Counted from the stretch's first letter, positions 1-10,536 are shown. The stretch: DNA of 56,149 bases from Minisyncoccia bacterium (GCA_050008535.1 JBEKML010000002.1:90732-146880); one strand, 5' to 3'. Numbers and translations: made by a program. The notes: generated by a model not told the origin, from the letters alone.

Positions 1-2
1 TC

Positions 3-356
3 GTTGCTTTGCCGCCCATTGAGATCATTCCCGACGGAGAGTTTTTTGATTACGATGCAAAATATTTCTCAGCGAAGACGCAGGAAATTTGTCCAGCGCG
101 CATTTCAAAAAAACAAACAAGGGAGTTGCAAGCGCTTGCCAAGAAAGCGCATGCCGTCATCGGGTGCGATGGCTTGAGCCGCTCCGATTTTATTCTCACC
201 AACAGGGGCAAATTTTATTTCTTGGAAATCAATACCATTCCAGGATTGACCGCGGCGAGCTTGGCACCCAAGGCTGCGAGGGCGCACGGCATGCCGTTTC
301 CTGAATTTTTGGACAAGCAAGTTCAGTTGGCGCTCATGAGGGCGGGATTGATTTGA
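3..356 (+). CDS. ddl: D-alanine--D-alanine ligase, C-terminal part (truncated by window start)
   Basis: FFDYDAKY, SRSDF and FLEINTIPGLT are ATP-grasp Ddl motifs; frame is open to the window edge. Confidence 0.93.
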   Translation, partial: VALPPIEIIPDGEFFDYDAKYFSAKTQEICPARISKKQTRELQALAKKAHAVIGCDGLSRSDFILTNRGKFYFLEINTIPGLTAASLAPKAARAHGMPFPEFLDKQVQLALMRAGLI

Positions 357-396
357 ATTACTATTTGGTCTAGGGTTGAGGTTAGAGGAGGAGGTT

Positions 397-633
397 GTGC
401 GAAGAACCGCGCAAAGAACCGTCAGAGTCAGAATCCCAAGAAGGACCGTCAGAAGGATTTCCGAGGCGCTCGCGTTCGCCTCGGAAAAGGGATTTCCTAT
501 CAGGGTAAGCTCGAAGCCTCCCCTGATCTACCACGCTATAGTCAACAACAGGGCGGAACTCACCGCTCATGTTACCCACGGGCTTGCCCTCTCTCCCGTC
601 AAGAGGGTTTTGCTCCAACGCATCCCGCGGTGA
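397..633 (+). CDS. small basic hypothetical protein (78 aa)
   Basis: AGGAGGAGG directly before GTG at 397; Arg-rich ORF followed by a terminator-like hairpin; no recognisable family. Confidence 0.4.
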   Translation: MRRTAQRTVRVRIPRRTVRRISEALAFASEKGFPIRVSSKPPLIYHAIVNNRAELTAHVTHGLALSPVKRVLLQRIPR

Positions 634-665
634 GGTGGGCAATGGAAAGGATAACTGCATCATGG

Positions 666-694
666 GGGCCGCTTCCGCAAGGACGGCCCATTTT
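666..694 (+). terminator. probable intrinsic terminator
   Basis: GGGCCG-ct-TCC-GCAA-GGA-CGGCCC hairpin followed by ATTTT. Confidence 0.55.
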
Positions 695-719
695 CGTTTG
701 AAAATCGTATAATAAAGGT

Positions 720-1697
720 ATGATCCTGGACGACATCAAAAATTACGCAAAGCAGTTCGCTTACGAGCCGAAGGTGGAAAATGCGGAAAAGCTTGGCAAG
801 AAGAAATTTACCAAGTTTATAGTGGCAGGAATGGGCGGGTCGCACATTGCGGCGGACATCATAAAGGCGTGGCATCCGGAGGTGGACGTCGTCGTTTGGC
901 GGAACTACGGCCTGCCGCCGCTCCGCGAGAAGGATTTGAAGGAGCACCTGATCATTTTGAGCTCCTATTCGGGCAATACCGAAGAAACGGTTGATGCATT
1001 CACGGTGGCAAGAGAGAAGCATTGCGTAGTAGCGGTCGTCGCCGCGCGCGGGAAGCTGATCTCGCTTGCACAGAAATTCAAAGTGCCGTACGTGCAGATG
1101 CCGGATTTCCATATGCAGCCGCGCCTGGCGACGGGGTTAAGCCTGCTCGCGATGCTTGCGATCATGGGCGAGAAAGCGTGGCTTGCGGAAGCAAAGGAGC
1201 TCGCTACCCTTTTGCACACGGCGCGCGAGGAACACCGCGGCCGCGACCTTGCAAAGCGCCTGCACGAAGCAGTGCCCGTGATCTATTCTTCGGCGCGCAA
1301 CGGCGTGATCGCCCGCAATTGGAAAATAAAATTCAATGAAACAGGGAAGATCCCGGCATTCTATAACGTGGTGCCCGAACTGAACCATAATGAGATGACC
1401 GGGTTTGACGCGAAGGGGAGAACGACGCCGCTCTCGCGCCATTTCCATTTCGTGTTTTTGAAGGACGGCGGCGACGACCGGCGCATCACGAAGCGCATGA
1501 GCACCCTGGAAAAGCTCTACCGCGACCGCGGGTTCAAGATAGAAATAGTCCTGCTCCAGGGGAAAAACGAACTGCATAAAATTTTCGGCGCGCTGAACCT
1601 TGCCGACTGGACGGCATATCACACGGCGAAGCTCTACGGCGTGGATCCCGATCAGGTGCCGATGGTGGAGGAATTCAAGAAGCTGATCGCGCGGTAA
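720..1697 (+). CDS. bifunctional phosphoglucose/phosphomannose isomerase (SIS domain)
   Basis: AGMGGS, SSYSGNTEET, NETGK and PELNHNE motifs. Confidence 0.9.
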   Translation: MILDDIKNYAKQFAYEPKVENAEKLGKKKFTKFIVAGMGGSHIAADIIKAWHPEVDVVVWRNYGLPPLREKDLKEHLIILSSYSGNTEETVDAFTVAREKHCVVAVVAARGKLISLAQKFKVPYVQMPDFHMQPRLATGLSLLAMLAIMGEKAWLAEAKELATLLHTAREEHRGRDLAKRLHEAVPVIYSSARNGVIARNWKIKFNETGKIPAFYNVVPELNHNEMTGFDAKGRTTPLSRHFHFVFLKDGGDDRRITKRMSTLEKLYRDRGFKIEIVLLQGKNELHKIFGALNLADWTAYHTAKLYGVDPDQVPMVEEFKKLIAR

Positions 1698-1837
1698 AAC
1701 GCCCGATTTTCCTTAATAAAGATTTAATCTTTGTTTGGGATAGTTTTAATGGGCGATGTGCAACGATGGTGACGAAACATTCGGTCATCTGGGATGCGTT
1801 AGAACAAGAAAGGAAAATGTCTGGTATTTTATAAATA

Positions 1838-3868
1838 ATGCTTCTTGAGTTCATTTCCCATACCATTGTCGATATTCTTAACCTTGCGATTGGTGGGTAT
1901 GTTCTCCTAAAAAATCCTCGGAGCATTATGCACCGCTCATTTTTTGTTTTTGTGATTGGCATTGTCGGGTGGAGTGCAAGCGTCCTGTTTTTGTCCTCTG
2001 TTGGTACGGGGCAACTGGGGCTTACCACGATTCCATTCTTAAGTGCGGAAATCATGGTGCTTGGATTTGTTTTTTTTGCGGAGGTTTTTCCCGATGGGCT
2101 CGCCTTTGGCGGGCGCCGCGTGCTTTATTTTGTGCCTTGGCTTGTGGTTGTTCTTATTACCCCGACAGGCCTCGTTATCCATTCGGCGCGGTTGATCGGC
2201 AACCATTTGGAAGCACGTTACGGCCCACTCATCCCGCTTTTTGGTATCGTCATGGGGGCGTACATCCTTTGGGGCATCATGAAATTGTTCCAGAAATACC
2301 CCACTCTTCAGGGTATCCGCCGCGTACAAATGCGTTATTTCGCGGCGGGCGCTGGAACGTTTCTTGTTCTTGGGTTTATTACCAACGTTATCCTTCCCTT
2401 ATTACACATTTACCGGTTCAATCTTTTTGGCCCGCTCTTTTCGATCGTTTTCATCGGTACCACGGCATACGCCATCGTGCGCCATCAATTCATGGATATT
2501 CGCGTCATCGCCCAGCGTGGCCTTCTTTACGCTTTTTCCGTCGGTCTCATTGCGTGCGTATTCTTTGGTATTGATTTTGTGGTGCGGCAATTTACCCAAT
2601 TGGATGGCTGGAGCGACGACGTGATTGCAGCGATAATCGGTGCGTTCGGTTTTATGTGGTTCCGGCAATGGTTTGAGCGGGTCACCGACTCTATTTTCTT
2701 CCGAAATGACTATCGTTACGAAGCCGCCGTGCACGAGCTTGGCGTAGTGCTCCGCTCCACAATTGATATCGAAGCACTCCTTCTGGCGTTGGATGATTTC
2801 CTTGTGCATACGATCAAGCCGGAACACACATCCTTCTTTGTAAATCGTGCGGGTGCGGGGCGGTTCGCGCGCGTTTTTATCCACGGGCCTTCTGGCGGGA
2901 TATCTCGCAGTGAAGAAGAAATTGCCACACTTGCGGAGAAAACGCACGAGCCGACGTTTTTTGACAGGGGAAAAGATGTTGCCGCCATCATCCCCTTGGT
3001 TGCTCGGGACGATTCATTCGCTGCGATGGTTTTGGGCAAAAAACGATCAGACGATATTTTTCGGTCGAAAGATATGGCATTGTTGTCCGACGTGGCGCAT
3101 CAGGCGGGCATAGCGATCGAAAATGCATGGCTCTATGAGGCCTCGCAGCGCCACGGCGAAGAATTGGAAGAGCGCGTGCGGGAACGAACAGAAAAAATTT
3201 TGAGCATGCAGGAAGCACAATCGAAATTTTTGACCGACGTTTCGCACGAACTACAAACACCAATGGCTGTTTTCAAGAGCAATATGGAAGTGCTTATGGG
3301 AAAGCATAACGGAAACAAAAAGACGGCGCTTGCGGTAATGGCAACCACGCTTGAGTGTATGTCCAGCATGATCGGCCATCTTCTTGCCGCCGCGAGATTA
3401 AATTTTTCTAAAGAGAAACTTCACAAAAAGGAAATTGCAGTGGAAAATTTATTGGAGGAGGCCTACCATGATTGTTTTATCCTCGCAGAAGATAAGGGGG
3501 TATTGCTTTCCTACGCAAGCGAGCCGATTCGCATTATGGGGGGTTGGGAACAACTGAAAGAGGTGATACTTAATCTGATAAGCAATGCCTTGAAGCATAC
3601 CGCGAGCGGCGGGAAAATCGTGCTCCGCGGGAAGGTATTAGGAGAACGGGCAGAGATTAGCGTTGAGGATACGGGGTCGGGGATCGCTCCCGAAGACCTG
3701 CCGCATATTTTCGACCGCTTTTATCGGATTCGCGCGGATGCTTGCCTAGGGACCGGCCTCGGATTGGATATTTGCAAAAAGATCATTGAACTGCACGGCG
3801 GGAATATCCGGGCAGAAAGCGAGCTTGGTGAGGGGAGCAGGTTTATTGTTTCTTTGCCGCACGCATAG
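1838..3868 (+). CDS. sensor histidine kinase (multi-TM N-terminus, GAF-like region, HisKA, HATPase)
   Basis: H-box SHELQTP, N-box NLISNALKH, G1 DTGSGI, F-box IFDRFYR, G2 GTGLGL; many hydrophobic N-terminal segments. Confidence 0.92.
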   Translation: MLLEFISHTIVDILNLAIGGYVLLKNPRSIMHRSFFVFVIGIVGWSASVLFLSSVGTGQLGLTTIPFLSAEIMVLGFVFFAEVFPDGLAFGGRRVLYFVPWLVVVLITPTGLVIHSARLIGNHLEARYGPLIPLFGIVMGAYILWGIMKLFQKYPTLQGIRRVQMRYFAAGAGTFLVLGFITNVILPLLHIYRFNLFGPLFSIVFIGTTAYAIVRHQFMDIRVIAQRGLLYAFSVGLIACVFFGIDFVVRQFTQLDGWSDDVIAAIIGAFGFMWFRQWFERVTDSIFFRNDYRYEAAVHELGVVLRSTIDIEALLLALDDFLVHTIKPEHTSFFVNRAGAGRFARVFIHGPSGGISRSEEEIATLAEKTHEPTFFDRGKDVAAIIPLVARDDSFAAMVLGKKRSDDIFRSKDMALLSDVAHQAGIAIENAWLYEASQRHGEELEERVRERTEKILSMQEAQSKFLTDVSHELQTPMAVFKSNMEVLMGKHNGNKKTALAVMATTLECMSSMIGHLLAAARLNFSKEKLHKKEIAVENLLEEAYHDCFILAEDKGVLLSYASEPIRIMGGWEQLKEVILNLISNALKHTASGGKIVLRGKVLGERAEISVEDTGSGIAPEDLPHIFDRFYRIRADACLGTGLGLDICKKIIELHGGNIRAESELGEGSRFIVSLPHA

Positions 3869-3883
3869 TTATTATTTGCTATA

Positions 3884-4657
3884 ATGAAACAAAAGCAAAA
3901 AAACATCATGAACGTAACGGAACTGCGCGGTAATTTGTATCTGCAGCAGAGCGGAGATTTGATTTTGGATAACGAAGAGAAGCAGTATGTGATGCGGCTC
4001 CGCGACCTGCCTGCGGAAGAGAAGCCGCGGGAAAAATTGACGAAATACGGCCCGGCCGCATTGTCGGTGGCAGAGCTCTTGATGATTGTTTTGAATGCGG
4101 GTACTAAGAAAGAAGGTGTGCTTGCTATGTCGCGGCGGCTGCTCAAAGAATACGGTGAGAGTGCCATTATCCATCAAAAAGACCCTAAAAAAATCGAAGC
4201 GGCGCTCAACATTCCATTGGTAAAGGCGTGCCAAGTAGTGGCGTGCTTTGAGTTGGGACGGAGATTCTTCAATGTGGACGGCAAGCGGCCCCTTACGATA
4301 AGAACCGCAAACCAGGTTTATGATTACTTGAAGGACATGCGCGATCTGTCGAAAGAGCATTTGCGCGGATTATATCTTGACAGTCATTACCAGCTTATCC
4401 ACGACGAAGTCATTTCCATTGGAAGCTTGACTTCAAATATCGTCCATCCGCGCGAAGTATTCCGGCCGGCGATAGAATATTCCGCCTCCGCGGTGATCCT
4501 CGTGCACAATCATCCCTCCGGCATTTCAAAGCCCTCCGAGGCCGACATTGCCATTACGCGCCAGATCGTGGAGGCGGGGAAGATGCTCGGCATCGGCGTG
4601 CTGGATCACGTGATCGTCACAAAAAATAAATACGAGAGTATTCCAGCAGAATATTAA
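3884..4657 (+). CDS. radC: RadC/JAB-domain protein (start may be ATG 3908)
   Basis: PREKL, VHPREVF, HNHPSG..PSEAD and LDHVIV motifs; ATG 3884 overlaps a TATAAT box. Confidence 0.93.
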   Translation: MKQKQKNIMNVTELRGNLYLQQSGDLILDNEEKQYVMRLRDLPAEEKPREKLTKYGPAALSVAELLMIVLNAGTKKEGVLAMSRRLLKEYGESAIIHQKDPKKIEAALNIPLVKACQVVACFELGRRFFNVDGKRPLTIRTANQVYDYLKDMRDLSKEHLRGLYLDSHYQLIHDEVISIGSLTSNIVHPREVFRPAIEYSASAVILVHNHPSGISKPSEADIAITRQIVEAGKMLGIGVLDHVIVTKNKYESIPAEY

Positions 4658-4672
4658 GTTATCACTCCGCGG

Positions 4673-4701
4673 TTGAAAAATAGCGATTGGGAGAATACAA
4701 T
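4673..4701 (+). promoter_or_regulatory. sigma70-like promoter of the giant ORF
   Basis: TTGAAA-N17-TACAAT. Confidence 0.55.
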
Positions 4702-4713
4702 GGCAGTATTGCA

Positions 4714-7700
4714 ATGCCTGAAAATCCAGGAGGACCTGAACAATACCGCGGCGATCTGGCGGGAAAGTTGCGGCAAGTGAGGGATAAAGAGGAGCGCCGC
4801 GGGATACTGGCTGAAGAAAGCGAAACCCAAGAGTACCAAGAAACCCGGGAGGCTCACGATGCGTCGCGGCGGGAGGTGCTTACGGAAAAGGAAAGGCAGG
4901 AACAACTGGTACGGGAAAAGGAAAAAGCGGAATATTTGGAGGAGGTCAGGCGTTTGGAGCTGGAGCTTGAGTTAAAGATCGCCGATGCGAACCGCTTGGT
5001 TGACCAGGTTTTTGCCGGCTTTTCCGGAAGCGTGAGCGAGGTTCCTCCGCCGGCATCACTGGAGACGGTTGATGAGCAGATCAAGGCACTGGATGAAAAG
5101 GCAATGGGCGGCCGAGGATATCTTGAGGGAGCGTCGCAGGCATTCCTGCAACTGCGGAAATTGGAGGCGGACCTAAGGGCCGACATCGGCAGCCGCGGTG
5201 CTGCGAAAGCGCAACTGAGCGCGCGCATTGCCGAAGTTCAAAGAGAGATCACCGCCCTTAAAACGGGAGGGCTCATAAAGCGGTTCCGCGCGCGTTCGGA
5301 GATCGCCGAGCGCCAGGGGAGAGTGGGGAATATGAATCGTGACATTGCCGCGAGCGAGAAGACCGTGCGGAAGGAAAATTCAACGCTGGCAAAGATCGCC
5401 ATGCAAAAGCTGGATTTTGGAGGAAGGGTCTGCGATCTGCTGAAAAGAGAGATAGATGGGACGGCGGCGCGCGAGATCGGGCAGTCGCTCAAAGAACTGT
5501 GGGACAAGGTGAGCGGCACTACTTTTTTCGCCGAGGACGTGGGAGCGGCATACATGGAGCAGGTCATCGCTCCGGCGTTCGACAGGGTGGCCGCGGAACG
5601 GGAGGCGCACCGGCATGAACACTCTTTTTACAGGGATATGCCCGGATGGTACGAAGCAGAAAAAAACAGGTCCAGATTTTTCGCCCTTCTCAAAAAACGA
5701 TTGGCCGGCAAAAACGAGGAGATGGGGGAGACGGAGGCGTTGCGGGAGATGATGGCGAGCCTTCCGTCGGAACTGTCTTCCGTGTGCCAACCGCTTTTGC
5801 AAGACGTGGTGTTTCTCGGAGGCCGGAATGCCATAAAGCCCATCGTGCGCTCCCTTTTTGCTCAATATGCGGCGGAGAGGATCTCTGCCGCCGTTGACGG
5901 CGTGAAAAAGAAGAAAGAAAAAATGAGCGAAACCGAAGCGGCGGACCCGGCGGACGCCCATATACGCTCGCAGCTTATGCCGGATTATGCCCTGCGGTTT
6001 CCTGAATCTTACGATGGATTACCTTCCGACGTTGAGTGGGATATAAGATCGGGGGGGACCCGCCAGGATGAACTGCCGGACGTTGCATTATGGACGGTCG
6101 CCAAAAAAGCGCCGTCTGTCCGGGTGTTCGGCGATGCGGCGGAAGTGCTTGATAAAAAATATTCAGAAACTATCCTTGGGAAATCACTCACCGACCTTGA
6201 CGGCAAATTTATTGATAATCTGTATTACTATCCGAATCCCGATTCCATCAAGACGCTTGTGCTGCTTGCCGCAGCAGATGCAAAAAGCTACCGGACGGTC
6301 CATGCGAACTGGGCATTGGCAAGATTGGCGCGGCTGCCGGATTGGCCGCAGTTATTGGACGAGGCGGAGAGGAAATATCCCGAATTGAGGCAGACAAGGG
6401 AAGCCTTGGAGAATTGGAAAGTAGGCGAGTTTCAGGAAAGGAACCCGGAAGTTGTGGAACGCGCAGCGGACCTTGCTGCGTCGCTTCTTGAGAAAGAGCC
6501 GGAGAACAAGCTCCAGAAGCGTCTTGCGGAAGAGGCGCTTCCGAACGATCGGCTGATCGCGATCCTGGAAAAAAGGGGAAACGTTCCACCCCAAGACATC
6601 GAAATGCTCAAAAAAGCGGAGGAAATTACTAAGAATAGTGCCGGCGGCTACACCCTTTGCCAGAGCTTTCGGAAACTCGTCCATGCAGCCGTTGAGTTCG
6701 TTCCCCCGGAAGGCGGGACGACAGACCTTTCGTTGATCGCTAAAGGCGAATCCTCCCTCGTGGCGATCCTCGCGATCGCAAAGAAGGTAGTGGAGGCCGG
6801 AGAGGATCCCAATGCCATGAATTTCCTTACCTCTTCGTACGTCATCAATTCAACAGAATTATTCATATCCGACGCTAAAAGAGGCGCGCCGAAGGACCTG
6901 GATGTTTTTCTCTCCGCGTACAAAGACTTGCCCGATCTCCATAAAGAACCGTCCATGATCATGGCGTTTTGCGAATATTTTACGGGAAGCGAAACCGTCG
7001 AATTTTATAAGAGGATATACGAGTCATACCGGGAAAAGCTTGACAGCAGCGATCGCGATGTTGTGTCCGGCATCGCGCGCGCAGTGGGAGGGGGGAGCCT
7101 GACCCCCGATCGCGCTATTGCGCTCTCCGGTCCGGTCAAAACGAGCCGCGGCGAAGTTGATTTTTTAAGAATGAGCAGAGATGTTCAGCAATTGGGATTG
7201 TGCCAGGCGGGCATTTTCCTTAAAACAGACGACGGCTTGGATTTCTTGGACCACATAAGAAGGAGCGGCGGCGTAGATGGGTTGAGTCCTGACCTTGATG
7301 GGGCGATCGGTGGGGAGTTTGTGCGCGATAGGTCCGGATCTTTGAGAGACGTTGTCCCAAAGTTGGGAACCATAGAATTCGCTCAAAGAATCCGTCCCAT
7401 GCTTGCGGATGGCAAAACACCGGAAGTGGATGCGACGAACTGGAAAGAGCCATTGATGGCATTCGTGAGCGTCGCAGAAGGAGAATGGGCCATCCAAAAG
7501 GAAGATGCCGAGCGGATAAAGAAAATGTTCGAGGCGCCGGGCGCGAAGGACACCTGCCTTGTCGAGATGAGAGAGCTATGGCGCCAATATTTGGAGGGCG
7601 GCAAGTTGGACGATTTTCCCTTCAGCCTGCAAGTGATCAATGAGCATGTCCGGCGCGCAGGCGGCGCGGGGCCATTGAGCCAGGTTGAATCCCTCAGCAC

Positions 7701-9774
7701 ATTCACCGATGCCTATTGTTACATGTTGTACAGAAAAAGTACGGCTCCGCGTACAAAAAAGGAGATCGCCGAAGGGCTTGCGGCTGCCGAGGGGCGATTC
7801 GCGAAAGAGCGCTGGGCGAACGAGGATATTGCCGACTTCTATAATGTTTCGCGGGACGTTATACGGGCCGCTCCGAGCTTGTTTTCCGAATATTTCGACC
7901 TGTTTCAAAAGCTGAAACCCAAAGATTTCAAAGAATTTTCGCAGGTGCTTTTCCCGTTGCACCGTGTCATCATTTCGCTTTCAGGGAAACGTGAGAGAGG
8001 CGGCGGAATTGCTTTTGATAAAAAAGATATGGTACGAATGCGTGACTACGTTGGGGACGTTGTTGACGGGGCGGGGAACTTGAAGCCCGTGGAGGTCCAA
8101 AAAAGAGAATTAACGGAGCGGATATTGGAAATGTTCACCCGCAGGTTCGGCATTGTGAAGATCCCGGAGAATCTGACCCAGGAACATATCCGCGCGCTGT
8201 CGGACATGTCTCTGTATTTGGCGAATCTGTCCGGCAGTACGGTGGAAAAAGAGGATATTCTCGGTTTTTATCTTGCGCTCACAATAAACGACAGGTGGGA
8301 TGACTATCGGCGGGGCGTGGCGATAAATCCGGAAGAATATTTGACCGCAGAAAAAGCAGCGCGGCTCAAGCCGTATCTCGAGAAACGGGATAAACTGAGT
8401 CCGGTTACCGCGGAAAACGTAGGCGTTTCCGCCGAGCAGATGCCCGAATTCATGAAGGTCCTTCAGGAAGAATCCGAAAACGTGACGATCGGCAATGTGG
8501 AGACGGTGGACGTGAAGCTGAACAATGTCATCGCGAATATCAGGGGATTGGAGGATTTAGACCTTTATCCGGACGCTTTGGATAAAGAGAGAATGCGGCT
8601 GCTTGTGGAACGCGGGAACAAAAAGATCGGGGCGGTGTCGGCGAAAATGTATCAACTGCTCGCGAGGCCGGAAAGGCGGATTGAATTGTCCGAAGAAGAA
8701 GCGGAAATCAGAAAGGAAATTGAAAGCGCACTTGCGAACAATGGCCTTGCGCTTACCGCCGAAAACGTGAAGAGATATTTCCAGGACGAGATAAGGCCGC
8801 TTGCGGTCGTCGCGAACATATCATATTTCGTTGAAGAGATCGGCGCAGAGAGGGAGATAGCCGAATTAAGGGATGTTCTTAAGCCTTCGGGCGAGGTCAT
8901 CGCGGTGTTCAATAAAATGGGGGAGGAATTCAAGCCGACCTCCGGCGCGATAGCGATCTCGCAAGACCTGGAATATCTGGACAATTTGATCGTGAAGAAA
9001 AGCGGCGAACTTTCGGAACAAGAGGCGGATCTTGTGAGGTCGTATATCGCAAAGGTGAGGGAAAAACTAGCGGCCCTTGAGGATATTTACGACCTCATCG
9101 GGAAGAAATTTGCCAGCATGAAGCAGGGACAGACGGGGACCAAGAACGAGCTTCTGAAAAGCAAGCTGGAAGACATTTCAAATATCATTAACATGCCCGA
9201 GTCGCAGCATATAATCGCGAGCACCATGACAAACAACCTCCCGCATATCATTGAGAATATCAGGGAATGTCTTTCGTGCGTGAGGCAGGGGGCGAACAAC
9301 GATACCAACCTGACCTTCGGCGATCCGAACAGGTTCTATCTTTCCAGCAGGTCGGAGATGAGGGCAGGGAGCATTTCCGATGAGTTGGTTTTCTTTGAGC
9401 CCGTCACATTCCCCGATGGCAGCAAGGAGATGGCGTTCGTGCTTGATCGGATCTACGGTACGAACACCCCCGCGATCTTACTGAACCAGATCGAGACGGT
9501 GTACAAAAAATACGCGAAGATGAAACAGGCATTCCCGGGAGCAACCGTTTCTATTTTCGTTTCTTCATCTGCCATTCAAAGCGGCGGTATGTCGGCGAGA
9601 CTGCTCATTGAGAAAATCCAGGAAAAGACCGGGGGAAAAGCGCAGATCCAGGAAGCTGGAAATGTTGAAGTGAACGTCGTGGAATCCGCTGCGGGAGATC
9701 ATTACGTGGAATTCGGCGGAAATGCGCGAAGTGCCGGCCCAAGGAATGTGGGTGGCGTGACGATACGGTTATAA
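4714..9774 (+). CDS. very large hypothetical protein (~1686 aa), mostly helical/coiled-coil with a C-terminal alpha/beta domain carrying a CLSC motif
   Basis: Uninterrupted 5-kb ORF with protein-like composition; no signal peptide or recognisable family. Confidence 0.85.
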   Translation: MPENPGGPEQYRGDLAGKLRQVRDKEERRGILAEESETQEYQETREAHDASRREVLTEKERQEQLVREKEKAEYLEEVRRLELELELKIADANRLVDQVFAGFSGSVSEVPPPASLETVDEQIKALDEKAMGGRGYLEGASQAFLQLRKLEADLRADIGSRGAAKAQLSARIAEVQREITALKTGGLIKRFRARSEIAERQGRVGNMNRDIAASEKTVRKENSTLAKIAMQKLDFGGRVCDLLKREIDGTAAREIGQSLKELWDKVSGTTFFAEDVGAAYMEQVIAPAFDRVAAEREAHRHEHSFYRDMPGWYEAEKNRSRFFALLKKRLAGKNEEMGETEALREMMASLPSELSSVCQPLLQDVVFLGGRNAIKPIVRSLFAQYAAERISAAVDGVKKKKEKMSETEAADPADAHIRSQLMPDYALRFPESYDGLPSDVEWDIRSGGTRQDELPDVALWTVAKKAPSVRVFGDAAEVLDKKYSETILGKSLTDLDGKFIDNLYYYPNPDSIKTLVLLAAADAKSYRTVHANWALARLARLPDWPQLLDEAERKYPELRQTREALENWKVGEFQERNPEVVERAADLAASLLEKEPENKLQKRLAEEALPNDRLIAILEKRGNVPPQDIEMLKKAEEITKNSAGGYTLCQSFRKLVHAAVEFVPPEGGTTDLSLIAKGESSLVAILAIAKKVVEAGEDPNAMNFLTSSYVINSTELFISDAKRGAPKDLDVFLSAYKDLPDLHKEPSMIMAFCEYFTGSETVEFYKRIYESYREKLDSSDRDVVSGIARAVGGGSLTPDRAIALSGPVKTSRGEVDFLRMSRDVQQLGLCQAGIFLKTDDGLDFLDHIRRSGGVDGLSPDLDGAIGGEFVRDRSGSLRDVVPKLGTIEFAQRIRPMLADGKTPEVDATNWKEPLMAFVSVAEGEWAIQKEDAERIKKMFEAPGAKDTCLVEMRELWRQYLEGGKLDDFPFSLQVINEHVRRAGGAGPLSQVESLSTFTDAYCYMLYRKSTAPRTKKEIAEGLAAAEGRFAKERWANEDIADFYNVSRDVIRAAPSLFSEYFDLFQKLKPKDFKEFSQVLFPLHRVIISLSGKRERGGGIAFDKKDMVRMRDYVGDVVDGAGNLKPVEVQKRELTERILEMFTRRFGIVKIPENLTQEHIRALSDMSLYLANLSGSTVEKEDILGFYLALTINDRWDDYRRGVAINPEEYLTAEKAARLKPYLEKRDKLSPVTAENVGVSAEQMPEFMKVLQEESENVTIGNVETVDVKLNNVIANIRGLEDLDLYPDALDKERMRLLVERGNKKIGAVSAKMYQLLARPERRIELSEEEAEIRKEIESALANNGLALTAENVKRYFQDEIRPLAVVANISYFVEEIGAEREIAELRDVLKPSGEVIAVFNKMGEEFKPTSGAIAISQDLEYLDNLIVKKSGELSEQEADLVRSYIAKVREKLAALEDIYDLIGKKFASMKQGQTGTKNELLKSKLEDISNIINMPESQHIIASTMTNNLPHIIENIRECLSCVRQGANNDTNLTFGDPNRFYLSSRSEMRAGSISDELVFFEPVTFPDGSKEMAFVLDRIYGTNTPAILLNQIETVYKKYAKMKQAFPGATVSIFVSSSAIQSGGMSARLLIEKIQEKTGGKAQIQEAGNVEVNVVESAAGDHYVEFGGNARSAGPRNVGGVTIRL

Positions 9775-9819
9775 TCGCAGATTTTGTCTTTTGGGATTTT
9801 TTTATTATCATTGCTAAGT

Positions 9820-10536
9820 ATGGTGCAGTTTTCGCATCTCACGAAGGCCTACAAGAAGCATAAGGTGGTGGACGATTTCTCCCTCACGGTGGATGTGCCG
9901 ATTTTTGGTTTTTTGGGGCAGAACGGGGCGGGGAAGACGACGATCATGAAGATGGTGGTGGGATTGCTCCGGCCGAGCGCGGGGACGATTTTGCTGGACG
10001 GCGCGCCGTCGGGCAGCGAGGCATCCAAACGCCGGATGGGCTACATGCCCGAGACGCCATATTTTTACGAACACATGACGGGGCTGGAGTTCGTGCGGTT
10101 CTGCGACGAGCTGGATGGTTCGCACGGGCGGAACCGCACGGAGCACTACGAAGCGCTTTTGAAGCGCGTGGGCATCTATGATGCACGGAAGGATGAGGTG
10201 CGCACGTATTCCAAGGGCATGCGCCAGCGCCTGGGCTTTGCGCAGGCCTTGGTGAACGATCCGGAATATCTTTTTTTGGACGAGCCGCTGGACGGGCTTG
10301 ACCCTATCGGCCGCCGCGAGATGAAAGAGGTGATGCGTGAATTGAAAAAAGAGGGAAGGAAGATCTTTTTGAACACGCATATTCTCTATGACGTGGAGGA
10401 AGTATGCGACGAAGTGGGCGTGATCCATGAAGGGAAGTTGCTCTATGCGGGAAGCGTGAAGGCATTTTGCGCCGGGAAGCCGCTTGAAGAGCGGTTTATG
10501 GAAATGGTGGGGGCGCATACCAAACGATCTTCATGA
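9820..10536 (+). CDS. ABC transporter ATP-binding protein (PilH-like)
   Basis: Walker A GQNGAGKT, signature YSKGMRQR, Walker B LFLDEP, H-loop NTH. Confidence 0.92.
   Translation: MVQFSHLTKAYKKHKVVDDFSLTVDVPIFGFLGQNGAGKTTIMKMVVGLLRPSAGTILLDGAPSGSEASKRRMGYMPETPYFYEHMTGLEFVRFCDELDGSHGRNRTEHYEALLKRVGIYDARKDEVRTYSKGMRQRLGFAQALVNDPEYLFLDEPLDGLDPIGRREMKEVMRELKKEGRKIFLNTHILYDVEEVCDEVGVIHEGKLLYAGSVKAFCAGKPLEERFMEMVGAHTKRSS

Noticed and set aside
357-700. RNase P RNA or tmRNA in the ddl-PGI gap
   Set aside because: Hairpins are present, but neither the GAGGAAAGUCC nor the tRNA-like end signature is; an SD-led ORF explains the region better
3884-9774. Prophage or ICE
   Set aside because: No integrase, structural, relaxase or conjugation genes recognised
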